From: Scyliorhinus canicula
Lineage: Eukaryota
Length of the DNA: 64,000 nucleotides
Direction: 5' to 3'
NCBI RefSeq assembly: GCF_902713615.1
Contig: NC_052158.1
Location: 38,493,729 to 38,557,728, forward strand
The notes under the pieces are model-generated. The model saw only the letters and a list, made by a program, of their open reading frames with translations, made no database searches and was not told the origin of the DNA. This document shows, in pieces, positions 25,275-37,269 of the stretch (the first letter of the stretch is position 1; every line of letters starts with the position of its first letter). A program made the position numbers and the translations under genes.

Positions 25275-26480
25275 ATGGATATTGGAATTCAACAAGCAAT
25301 GCTGGCCTTGCTGCTAATCGCCGCAGCCCCGGGGGATAACTTGCGACTGTATGAGTTGGAGCTGCTCGAGGAGGAGGAAGCTGTAGCAGCAGAGCCTGCC
25401 CCAGAGGAACAAGAGGAGTCTGCCCAGGATGGAGAGCCAGCCACCCAACAGGCCGAGGAGGTGGAGGCGCCACATGAGGCCTTGTGTGTACCGGCAGCGC
25501 CTGTCATTTGAGGATCTGTCGGACCAGGTATGTCGTCCAAGACTCCGGATGAGCAGGGGGACAGTGCGACGTATCTACCAGGTGATAGCACTCCTGGCAC
25601 TGTGGTGGTATGGGGGAGGAGACCCGCTCTGGTGGCTGTCGGGGTGATGGTCACCCTGACCTTTTACAGCACAGGATCCTTTCAGGTGCCGAATGGCAGC
25701 TGTCTGGGATCTCACAGACCATCACAGAGGCCCTATATGCCCAGGTGGCTCAATACATCCACTTCAATGTGGACAGAGCCTGCCAGAATGTCCGGATAAT
25801 GAGGTTCGCCGCCATCGATGGGATGCCCAGGGTCCAGAGGTTGATTGACGGGATGCATGTCCGCCTACGACGAGCACCTGCAGATGACAGGCGGCTCTAC
25901 ACCAACTGAAAGAGGTTCCGCTCGATGAACGTACAGCTGATATGTGACAATCAACTGTGCATCATTCACCTCTGCATCGGATACCTGGGCAGTGTGCACG
26001 ACGCCTTCATTCTGACATGCTCGAGACACTTCTCCAGCTGGGAGGGTTGACTCTTGGGTGATCGGGGCTATCCGCTGCGGTCCTGGTTGATGGCATCTAT
26101 AGGGAGGCCACAGACTGACATTGAGACCTGCTACACTGATGCCCATTCAGCAACCAGGGCGTGATCGAGTGATGCTTCGGACTCCTGGAGGTGCAGTTCA
26201 GGTACCTGGTCCACTCTGGAGGGGAGCTCCAGTATGATGCTGTGAGGCTCGCTCGCCACTGGCGGCCTGCTGCATCCTCCACAACATCGCACAGCAGAGG
26301 GCCGATGTGCTGAAGGAGGAGGAGAAATGGCAGGCTTCATCCGACAGGCAGAATGCAGGTGAGGGTGAGGGAGGGCAGGACATGCGGCCCAGGCAGGCAT
26401 GAGAGGCCACACAACGTATGCGGCAGGGGCAACGTGCATGAGACACTCTGATCGCCTCCAGGTTCACCAACTCTTGGATG
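25275..26480 (+). pseudogene. Harbinger (HARBI1-like DDE) transposase, frameshifted
   Basis: YRQRLSFEDLSDQVC, TFYSTGSFQ, IDGMHV, SMNVQLICD, GSVHDAFIL, LLGDRGYPL and ILHNIAQQR across different frames. Confidence 0.85.
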
Positions 26481-26829
26481 GAGACTGGACGGAGGCACGG
26501 GCAGCTAAAGTGACTCCCTGTCGGGCCGTCCCCACAGCCTGCAATGCCCTCTGTGATACCTGCTGTACCGGATTGGCTGTGTTATGCGCACCAGATAGTG
26601 TCCCAGGAGCCTCTTCACTAAAGCCCAAACGAGGTGCTTATCTCTGGGATGGTGGAGGGTGTTGGAGATTCTGTTACTGGAAATCTGTGTCATCCTCTGA
26701 GCCGAAGTCCGGTTCTCCTGAGTCTCAGGTCGAGGGCTGACCTCTGAACTGCTCTCGGCACTGCTTGGCTCACGGTGGGGCTCCAGCCGTGGCACTGGCT
26801 ATGGGTGGGGGATGCCAGATGGACCCGCC

Positions 26830-27803
26830 TCATTACCAGCAGGTTCTGCAAAACACAAGATAAGACGCATGATTAGAATGCGGCTGAGGGGTGGTGGGGA
26901 TGAGCGTGTGGGTGGGAGATGGTGAGCGTCAGGGTAGTATAGGGTGCAGGTGTGGGTGAGGGTGTGGGTGGTGGGGGGGAGGGTTGTGTGGGGGTGGAGG
27001 TGGTGTAGGGTGCAGGTGTGGGTGAGGGTGTGGGTGGTGGGGGGGAGGGTTGTGTGGGGGTGGAGGTGGTGTAGGGTGCAGGTGTGGGTGAGGGTGTGGG
27101 TGGTGGGGGGGGGAGGGTTGTGTGGGGATGGTGTTAGGGGGGTGTTGACACGCATGTCATGGGGAACCGCAAGTAAACTGGGTCTCACTCCCTCACCCGT
27201 GGCTGAACTTCACCTCGGTGATCTCCCTTTCCTCCAGGCTGCCGACCACATCCAGGGCTCTCTGCTCTGCCACAATGAGGGGCCGCAGGTCCACCGGTCC
27301 CCCTCCTGTCTTCTCCCAATCCCGGCAATTATGGGTGGCCTTCCAGGGAAGGGCGGGGTGGGATGCAAACAACAAAATGACAGTGTTAGACAGTCCGACA
27401 CATGCAGCCCAGGGGGTGGGTAGCTGGTGGCCTCAGTGGCCAGGGCACATGGCTCTGGCGGCCGGTATGGGTGCCAGCATGTAGTGCAGGGTGGGTATTC
27501 GCCACCCTCCGGGTGGGTGGGTGTGTCGGGTTACAGGTGTGTGGGACAGGGGTTGGTGCCCGGGGCACAGTGCTGCCTACTCACCCTGGCCGCCCTGAGG
27601 AGGTCGTGCAGTTGTTTCTAGGCACTGCTGGCCAGTCTGAATGGTGTTGCCATGGCGCTGACCGCCTCTGCCATCTGTGCCGTGGCATGGTGAATGGTGG
27701 TGGCTGGCAGCCTCCTTCCCGGGCCAGGATATAGGGTCATCCTTCTCTGGTCCACCGCATCCAGGAGGGTCTCCAGCTCAGCGTCGGTGAGTCTTGAGGC
27801 CAT
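26830..27803 (-). pseudogene. Harbinger Myb/SANT-like DNA-binding protein relic (intron-containing)
   Basis: MASRLTDAELETLLDAV...QLHDLLRAAR|GTGAGT, then HNCRDWEKTGGG...AEQRALDVVG. Confidence 0.75.
26941..27125 (+). repeat. 66-bp G/T-rich triple tandem repeat
   Basis: Units start at 26941, 27007 and 27073. Confidence 0.85.
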
Positions 27804-29118
27804 TTTGTTGGCTGGGATGGGAGTGAAGTGTGTATATGTGGCTGCAGCTTGTCAGCCTCCCGAGTGTTGATCACAAAACCAGTGAATCCCACGCCATTTC
27901 TCATTGGAATCGATTGTGTTCCACGTGTCGCCGGCATTAGCCCCTTAATAGTAGCAAAATCGGTCCAGGTGCGGCACTGGTTTTGCTGTCGTGGAAGACC
28001 ATGAATTCTGAGTCAGCGTCAACACTGAGTGTTAGAAACAGAGAATCACGCCCACAGTGTTTTGCCTTCAACGGCTTCCTGTGGTAATGAATTCGATAGG
28101 CCGATGCTCTCTGAGTAAAGTAATTTCTCCTCATCTTTATCCTAAATGGTCTACCCCATATTCTCAGACTGTGACCCCGGGTTCTGGACTCTCCCACCAT
28201 TGGGAACATCCTACATCTACCCTGTCTAGTCCTGTTAGAATTTTACAGGTTTCTATGGGAACTCCCCCTCATTCTGCTGAACTTCGACAAACACAATCCT
28301 GACCAACTCAATCTCTCCTCATACATCAGTCTTGTCATCCCAGGAATCACTCTGGTAAACCTTCACTGCACTCCCTCTATCGCAAAGATATCGGATATCG
28401 GGAAGTCTATAATCCAAGAGATTGGAAGTAAGGAACTAGCTATGCAAAGCCCTAGTTGAGACCACATCTGGAATACTATGAACAAATGTGGGCACTAAAC
28501 AATTGGGAGGATACATTGGCCTTGGAATGTGAGGGGCATAGATTTACCTTCGACACGAAGGGTTTGACAGAAGTTCGGAAGTCTCATCCACAAAAGGCAA
28601 TTTGATGCCACATCAATTGCTCATTTTTGAAAATAGGATACATAGATTTTTATTACATGGGATAAAGGTGAGAAAATGGATTTGGGTCACTGACTGATCA
28701 CTGGATAGTGAAACAGGCTCGAGGGGCCGACCCATCGAATCTATACAGTGCAGAAGGAGGCCATTCAGCACATTGAGTCTGCACTAACCCTCTAAAAGAG
28801 CACCCCACCCAGGCCCACTCCCCCACCGTATCCCTGCAACCCCACCTAACCTGCACATGCCTGGTCATCAAGGGGCAATTTAGCATGGCCAATCCACATA
28901 ACCTGCACATCTATTCCTCTGTGTAAAGGAATGTGCCAATCCTTCTGGTTACCAACATTTAGTAACCCCACGCCTTTTAAAAAACAATCATCGCATGTCT
29001 GACCATTACAGATGAGACCATCTGACCCCTCACTGGGGCTTTCTGCTTTGAACAAACAGACTGAGAGAGCACCCAGGGCTGGTGGAAGGACCCTGCTGCC
29101 CTGTCACTTGTCACTTAC

Positions 29119-29391
29119 CCCAGCGTACATCGAGGCCCTGCAGGAGGCTGGCATGCTCGACGTGACAGGAGTATACCTCCCCATCATCTCCCATCAGATC
29201 CATCGTTTTCATCACCCGATATGTCTCGTCCTGGTTGGGCAGCGTGCCACTGGATTCAACGTTGAGGACTTCCTCACCGTCCCTCAGCCATGCCACATCG
29301 ATTGGCCAGGGGTAAAAACCCGTCACAAGGCAGGAGAGTCTCAGCACTCGCTCGCCCTCAATCCTGTTCGCAATGAACACCTCAGGGATGG
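29119..29391 (-). CDS. MHC class I-like heavy chain, alpha3 exon (Ig C1-set, 273 bp)
   Basis: Acceptor cacttgcag, donor G|GTAAGT. LSCLVTGFYP...W...YSCHVEH is the C1-set signature. Confidence 0.95.
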
Positions 29392-30214
29392 CTGCAAGTG
29401 AAACAAGGTCTGCAATCACTGACTATGAAGCTTCGACGAAAGACCATCGACCTGAACCATTAACTCCAGAAGTAACATTCCAGCCCCTCCCGCAGGCTGA
29501 TTTTTCACACCTGCCAAAATCTTTTGAATGGCCCCATCTGCCAGCCAAACAGAGCCGTAAAATTCCTCCCTCTCTTGTTCTCTCTCCACAGGTGCTGCTT
29601 AGAATTCCCAGCATGTCAGGTTTTGCTTTGTATTAATTTTTAAAAATTTGTTCATGGGATGTGGGCGTCGCTGCCTGCTCATCAACTGAGGGCCTTTAAG
29701 AATCAACCACATTGCTGTGGGTCTGGAGTGACATGTAGGCCAGACCACGTCAGGACAGCAGATTTCCCTCCCATTAGTGAACCAGACAGGTTTTTACAGC
29801 AACTAGGAATGGGTTCATGGTGATCATAGAATCATACAGTGCAGGAGAGGCCCTTTGGCTCATTAAATCCGCACCGACAAAATAAAACCTATTCTAACCA
29901 GCATTAATCCCATTTCTGACCTCGGGTGACTGTCTGTATGGAGTTTGCACTCTCTCCCCCTATCTGTTTGGGTTTCCTCCGGAAGCGCCGGTTTCCTCCC
30001 ACAGTCCAGAGATGTACAGGTTAGGTGGATGGCCATGGTTAATTTTCCCTGAGTGTCCAAAGCTTGGGTTTGGTTATGGGGATAGGGCGGGGGATTAGGC
30101 CTAGGTAGAGTTCTCTTTCGAAGGCTCGGTGCAGACTCGATTGGCCGAGTGGCCTTCTTCCGCACTGTCGGGAGTCTATGATTCCCAGCATTTGATTTTG
30201 AATGTGACATTTCA

Positions 30215-32345
30215 AAGAACAAAGAACAATACAGCACAGGAACAGGTCCTTCGGCCCTCCAAGCCTGTACCGGTCATGATACCAACCTTTGCCAAAACCC
30301 TCAGCACTTCCTTGTGCCGTATCCCTCTATACCCATCCTATCAATATGTTTGTCAAGATGCCTTTTGAACGATGTTAATGTATCTGCTTTAACAACCTCC
30401 CCTGGCAACTCGTTCCAGGCACCGACCACCCTCTGTGTAAAAAAGTTGCCTCTCTCATATTCCAAATGCGGCCTTACCAAGGTTCTATACAACTGGAACA
30501 TGACTTGCCAGTTTTTATATTCGATTACCCGTCCAATGAAGGCAAGCATTCCGTATGCTTTCTTGACTACCTTGTCCACTTGTGTTGCCATTTTCAAAGA
30601 TCTTTGGACATGCACGTCCAGATCTCTCTGACTTTCTATATTCCTAAGAGTTTTGCTATTTCCATTATATTTCCCCTCTATGTTAGACCTACCAAAATGC
30701 TCACGTCACATTTGTCTGGATTAAATTCCATTTGCCATTTCTCTGCCCAAGTCTCCTATCTATGTCTTGCTGTATCACCTGTCAATTCTCAACTATCTGC
30801 CACTCTCCCAACCCTGGTGTCATCCGTGAACTTACTCATCAGACCAGCCACATTTTCCGCCAAATCTTTTATGTACACTACATCAGAGGCCCCAGCACAG
30901 ATCCCTGTGGAACACCACCAGTCACAACATTCCATTCAGAAAAACACCCTTCTACTGCTATCCCTTGCCTTCTGTGACCGAGCCAGTTCTGTATCCACCT
31001 TGCTACCTCATGTCTGATCCTGTGTGACTTCACCATTTGTACCAGTCTGCCATGAGGCTCCTTGTCAAAGACTTTACTGAAGAGCATGTAAACAACATCC
31101 ACCGCCCTCTCCTCATCAATCATCTTTGTCACCTCCTTAAAAAACTCAATCAAGTTGGTGAGGCATGACCTCCCCTTCACAAAACAATGTTGTCTATCGC
31201 TTATGAGTCCATTTGTTCCCAAATGGGTATAAATTCTGTCCCTGAGATATCTCTCCAATAATTTACCTACTACCGACGTGAGGCTCACCTGTCTATAGTT
31301 TCCAGGATTATCCCAGCTCCCTTTCTTAAACAGCGGTACCACATTAGCTATTCTCCAGTCTACTGGGATCTCACCTGTAGCCAATGAGGATACAAAGATG
31401 TCAGTCAAAGCCCCAGTAATTTCCTCCCTTGCTTCCCTCAGTATTCTGGGGTAAATCCCATCCGGCCCAGGAGACTTATCTACCTTAATATCTTTTTTTG
31501 AAGACAGAATACCTCCTTTTTGATGTCAACATGATCCAGATTGTCCACACACCCTACCCAAGAATCATCTTCCACAAAGTCCCTGGGCAGGATTCTCCAA
31601 TAATGGGGCTATGTCCCCACTCCTGCATCAAAACACGGGTTTATCCTCCAATTTGCATGGTGCTCGCAGGACCCTGGAGTACTCCTCGCAGCTCTGCCTG
31701 CCAATACAGGGCCCTGCACTTCCTGTCAGGAGTCCATGCATGCACACGGCAACAGCCTTTGGCGGCTGCCCCGCACAACATGGACTCACACTGCGGAGCA
31801 GCCCCGGAAATATAGGCCCCCCTCGGGATCGCATGAACCGCGGATCGTTGTCCCCGATCGCTAGCCTGCCGTCCGTGAGGCCCCCCCCCCCAAGTGAAGG
31901 ATCTCCTCGCCACCCACTAGGGTGGCCGCCGACTGAGTCTGCAGCTGCTTCCGACTGTTCCCAATAGGCAAAGTGTGGTTAGAACCACGCCGTCGGGAAC
32001 TCGGCCAGTTATTGGAGAATCGCCGCGGGGGCCTGTGAATGGCCCCCTACCCACACCACGTAGACCACGCGTGCAATTCGCAGCGATTCTCCAGGGACCG
32101 GAGACTGTCGGGAGTGGCGTCATGCCGGTTTTCGGTGTCAAGGCCCATTCTCTGCCTCCGCACCGATCGTGATTTCGGGGGGGGGAGGTTTGGAGAATTC
32201 CGCCCCCTTTCTTTGGTGAATACTGATGCAAAATACTCATTTAGTACCTCGCCCATTTCCTCTGGCTCAACACATAGATTCCCCCCACTGTCCTTAAGTG
32301 GTCCAATCAATTCCCTGGCCACCCTCTTGCTTTTTACATATGAAT
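30215..32345 (-). mobile_element. CR1 ORF2 fragment interrupted by MITE copy 2
   Basis: VVPLFKKGSWDNPGNYR, GFVKGRSCLTNL-like and GVPQGSVLGP motifs on the minus strand. Confidence 0.9.
31585..32204. mobile_element. Harbinger-type MITE, copy 2
   Basis: TIRs GGGCAGGATTCTCC...GGAGAATTCCGCC(C) and CCT TSD (AGG on the CR1 sense strand). Confidence 0.8.
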
Positions 32346-33323
32346 AAAAAGCTTTATTAAAGTCCTCATCCACGTACATTTAAAGACTGTGATGGTTCCT
32401 GCCGCAACTGCCTTCCCAGGCAGTGAACTCCAGATTCTAACCACCATCTGGATGAAAACAGTTTTCCTCAAATCCACTCCTGCCATTCACGTGAAAATTA
32501 AGCCCCCTTGTTATTGACCCTTCAACTAAGCTGCTTTCTATCCACCCTGTCCATGCATCTTCATTGGACTTTTAATTCCAAATTACATATTTGGAATGTT
32601 TATGGAACTCAAATGTCACCATCTGCACTGGCAGGATATGACCTCAGGTCCCCAGAGAGTTATCCTGAGTCTCTGGCTTCCTACTCATCTCCCTTTCATC
32701 TCCCTTTGACAAACCCTTTATTCATTCATTTCTCATTTCCCTGCTCGTCAACATTCAGATGCCGGATGCCTCCGAAAGCTGCACGTTCCTCTTCGCTGCA
32801 CCTTCTTTAATGGCACTCTGCGCCGTGATGCCATGGCCAATCCACTCACCCCACCTTGCCGTCCTTTTGCTCCTCCACACAGGAGGCCAGGCAACACACA
32901 CGAGGAGAGAGACGCTGAGGGTGTGACTGACGAGAGGTCTTAAAATTATGCAAAGGTTTGTCAGGGAGATGTAGAGAAACTGGGGTGGTGGGGGGATGGT
33001 GCAGGGAAGATGGTTATGGTGATATCACAGCAATGTGACTGGACTAGTAATCCAGAGACATCAGCTCATGCCCTTGGGAACAATGGTTCAAATCCCACCA
33101 CGACAACTGGTGGAATTTAAATTCAATTGATGAAATCTGAAATTATAGCATGAATGAACAGACACTGGTCTTGTCAGCAAAGCCCACATCCCATGAAAGA
33201 AGAAAGGGGCAAAGCGTTGCTTCAACTTGTGCAGGTTACGAAACTAGAGGTTAGAAATATGAAATAGTCACCAATAAATCCAACAAGGACTTTCACTCCC
33301 CAGGGAGTGGAGGTGGGAACATG

Positions 33324-34030
33324 GGCCGGGATTCTCCCCTACCCGGTGGGGCGGGGGGTCCCGGCGTGATGGAGTGGCGTGAACCACTCCGGCGTCGGGC
33401 CGCCCCAAAGGTGCGGACGTCTCCGCAGCTTTAGTGGCCAAGCCCTCACATTGAGGGGCGAGGTCCGCGCCGGAGTGGTTGGCACTCCGCTGGCTGACGT
33501 GGACGGCCTTTGACGCCACGCCAGCCAGGGCCGAAAGGACTTCGCCGGCCGGCATAAGTCCACGCATGCGCCGGAGCGTCAGCAGCTGCTGATGTAATCC
33601 CTGCGCATGCGCAGCGGAGGGAGTCACTTCCGCCTCCGCCATGGTGAAGGCGGAACGTAAAGAGTGCCCCCACGGCACAGGCCCGCCTGCCGATCGGTGG
33701 GCCCCAATCGCGGACCAGGCCACCGTGGGGGCACCCCCCGGGGCCAGATCGCCACGTGCCCCCCACAGGACCCCAGAGCCCGCCCACGCCGCCAGTCCCG
33801 CCGGTCAGGTAGGTGTTTTGATTCCCGCCGGCGGAAGAGGCTTGACCGCGGCCGGACTTCGGCCCATCGCGGGCCGGAGAATCGCCGGGAGGGGGGCCGC
33901 CGACCGGCGCGGCGCGATTCCCACCGCCGCCGGCTCTCTGGTGGCGGAGAATTCGGGACACGGCGGGGGCGGGATTGACGCCGGCCCCTGGCGCTTCTCC
34001 GACCTGGCGGGGGGTCGGATAATCCCAGCC
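33324..34030. mobile_element. Harbinger-type MITE, copy 3
   Basis: TIRs GGCCGGGATTCTCC / GGATAATCCCAGCC (12/14 complementary) and ATG TSD. Confidence 0.8.
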
Positions 34031-34084
34031 ATGGAATTCAGGCACATGGAGTGGTTGATCTGAATAGTGCAGTTACATGATAAA

Positions 34085-34640
34085 AAATATACTTTTACAG
34101 ATGCACCATAGAAAGCATCCTATCTGACTGCATCAGAGCCTGGTATGGCAACTGTTTGGCCCAAGACTGCATGAAACTTCAGAGTCGTGAACACAGCCCA
34201 GTTCATCACACGAACCCGCCTCCCATCCATTGATTCCATCTACACCTCCCGCTGCCTTGGGAAAGTGGGCAGCATAATCAAAGACCCCTCCCACCCGGCT
34301 TACTCACTCTTCCAACTTCTTCCATCGGGCAGGAGATACAAAAGTCTGAGAACACGCACGAACAGATTCAAAAACAGCTTCTTCCCCGCTGTTACCAGAC
34401 TCCGAAATGACCCTCTGATGGACTGAACTGATCTCTCCACACATCTTCTCTACCAAGTAGTACTACACTCCTGTATGCTTCATCTGATGCCTGTGTCTAT
34501 ATATTTACATTGGTATTTTATGTTTGCGCTATTATGTATTTTCATATCATGTACGGAATGACCTGTCTGAGCTGCACTCAGAACAATACTTTTCACTGTA
34601 CACCGGTACTCGCGACAATAAACAAACCCAACATCCAACA
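34085..34640 (+). mobile_element. Rex1/Babar-type LINE 3' fragment
   Basis: AWYGNC...TAQFITRTRLPSIDSIYTSRCLGKVGSIIKDPSHP...RTNRFKNSFFPAV. Confidence 0.7.
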
Positions 34641-35204
34641 TGAAGGCGAAATGGATATATTATAGAGTGAGATGAAATCAGCTCATAGGGAACATAACGC
34701 CTGCGTAGAGCAGTTGGGCCCAATGGCCTCTTTCTGTCCTTTACATTCTCCATAAATCGACCCAAAGTCACGCTCTTGTTTGCCACACAACTAACCATTG
34801 GTCACGCAATGAGATCCAGGAAACCATTTGACAAGGTGGGGATTATAGTTTCGACCAATCCTGCCCTGTCCTGAAATGGTGACTGGGCAAAATAATTGAA
34901 TTTATTTCAACTATCGAAATCCTACTACCTCCTCACCTCACTCCCCACAAGCAAGTAATGCCGTATACTGAGGCCAGTGGCAGTGTCACTGCTCCCCCAC
35001 CCAAGAATTAGTTCAGAAGAGAACATGGTGGAAAACCCGGGGTGGAATTTTACTGTGGAAGCTGGGCCTGAAAACAAGGCGAACCGCAAAAATGTCCACT
35101 GACTTCAGCTGAACTGGAAAATCCTGCCGGCAGGCGAGGACTGAAAATTCCGCCTCTTCCCACCCTGAGGAGTGCTTCCTCCAAACACCATCCCCACACC
35201 GTAC

Positions 35205-35480
35205 CTCTCCTTTGCAGAACCCCTCGTCCGCACTTGAGGTATGTCAGCAGCCATTTCACGCAGTCCTTTTCCAACAGAGCCTTGAAGTACTTGTTCATAA
35301 AGGTGTAGGCATTCCATCGGTCCGCTAACGTCTGGAACTCTGGATTTAGTGCCATCCAGCTGATTCTGTCCTTGTCAAAAACAAATGCATCTTCCCCATC
35401 ATATCCCAGCTTTATGAACCCATCTGTGGAGTTATCGCTGTATATTTCGCAGCCACACATTCCCTGGACAAAGAAAATAC
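35205..35480 (-). CDS. MHC class I-like heavy chain, alpha2 exon (276 bp)
   Basis: Acceptor ccctttccag, donor G|GTACGG. QGMCGCE...GYDGED...W...RWN...CVKWLLTYL shows the canonical C101/C164 pair, W147, W167 and Y171. Confidence 0.95.
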
Positions 35481-36164
35481 CTGGAAAGGGCATGAATATT
35501 CAAATCAATTCACAATGTGAAATGGATTCATTCGGGTTGGTACAAACTTGTATTTATACAGCAAATTTAACATCATAAAACACTTCAAGAGCTCTTCACA
35601 GGGGCATCCTCAAACTAGATTTGACTCTGAGCCAGGTGGGAAGATATTAGGACAGGCGGTCAAAAGCTTTCAGAAAGTCAGTTTTCATTCTCATCTCAGA
35701 AAGGAGAGAGAAAGAAGTGGAGATGACTGGGAGTGGAGAGCTTTTTGGAAGCAATTCCAGAGAAACTATTTCCCTTCAATGGGAATAAATCTTGGGGAGT
35801 GGAACATGCTGCAGTCTCAGTCCCGCAGGAAGGAGATGGTGTATTCCGTTGAGTGATTGCATGAGCAGACTGTAAAAGTAAACTGGGGTTAAAGGCTCCC
35901 TCTGTCCTGCCCAAAACTTCAGTGCTACCTCCCCCTGGGACACGCCTTTTCGCTCAGCAGTCTTGCAACAGGATGCAGCGCTTCTTTTTTCACAGTTCAG
36001 CCTAAGCAGGGCTCTTGCCGGCAGCCATTGTGAAAAACATTACCCTCTATGGGGGGGACCATGAACTGGGGTGAAAGGCGCCCTCTGACCTGCCCAAAAC
36101 TTCAGAGCCAAGGGCAGTTAAGCACCTCCTGATGCAGACCGGCACATTCCAAATTCCAGGAGGA

Positions 36165-37037
36165 TAAGTACTGAGACAGTCCTGCACTGTCAGACGGTCA
36201 GTACTGAGGAAGTGTTGCACTGTCGGAGTGTCCATACTGAAGGAATGCTGCACTGTCAGAGGGTCAGTACTAAGGAAGTGACACTGTCAGAGGGTCAGTA
36301 CTGAGGGATTGCTGCACTGTCAGAGGGTCAGTGCTGAGGGAGTGCTGCACTGTCAGAGGGTCAGTACTGAGGGATTGCTGCACTGTCAGAGGGTCAGTGC
36401 TGAGGGAGTGCTGCACTGTCAGAGGGTCAGTACTAAGGAAGTGACACTGTCAGAGGGTCAGTACTGAGGGAGTGCTGCACTGTCAGACGGTCAGTACTGA
36501 GGGAGTGCTGCACTGTCAGAGGGTCAGTACTGAGGGATTGCTGCACTGTCAGAGGGTCAGTACTGAGGGAGTGCTGCACTGTCAGAGGGTCAGTACTGAG
36601 GGATTGCTGCACTGTCAGAGGGTCAGTGCTGAGGGAGTGCTGCACTGTCAGAGGGTCAGTACTAAGGAAGTGACACTGTCAGAGGGTCAGTACTGAGGGA
36701 GTGCTGCACTGTCAGACGGTCAGTACTGAGGGAGTGCTGCACTGTCAGAGGGTCAGTACTGAGGGAGTGCTGCACTGTCAGAGGATCATTAATGAGAGAG
36801 GGCTGCACTGTCAGAGGGTCAGCACTGAGGGAGTGCTGCACTGTCAGAGGATCAGTACTGAGGGAGTGATGCATTGTCAGAGGTTCTGTACCGAGGGTGT
36901 GGTGCACTGTCAGAGGTTCAGTACTGAGGGAGTGATGCAATGTCAGAGGTTCAGTACTGAGACGGTGCTGCACTGTCAGAGGGTCACTACTGAGGGCGTG
37001 CTGCACTGTCAGAGGGTCAGTACTGAGGGGGTGCTGT
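36165..37037 (-). repeat. 33-bp satellite array (reverse orientation)
   Basis: Tandem actgagggagtgctgcactgtcagagggtcagt units. Confidence 0.95.
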
Positions 37038-37269
37038 ACGGTTGCACAAAACTGACATTCTGTCTGTATTCTCAGTTTAAAGTGATTACGATCTACCACG
37101 AGAGCTCCCACATTGTAAAGAAAAGCAAATAAAATTATCATCCACTCCATTGCTCTTAGTGATACAGGAAATCAATGCTGTGTTAGTCCCAGAAAGTCAC
37201 ATTGGCCAGACAATTACCAGTCAGTTATTCAGTTATAATGTGTGACAGATCCCTTCTGTGTTAACACAA

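Larger units (their letters stand above)
24795..28053. mobile_element. Decayed autonomous-type Harbinger transposon
   Basis: Convergent transposase and Myb/SANT relics; right TIR gagaatcacgccc at 28041-28053. Confidence 0.8.

Noticed and set aside
33446-34063. Overlapping GC-rich ORFs and a CpG-island-like signal in the MITEs (also 638-988, 31611-32240, 41932-42747)
   Set aside because: They lie between TIRs, have no recognisable domains, and are explained by high GC content.
36165-37037. CRISPR-like array (33-bp repeats)
   Set aside because: The units are contiguous with no unique spacers, the context is eukaryotic, and there are no cas genes.
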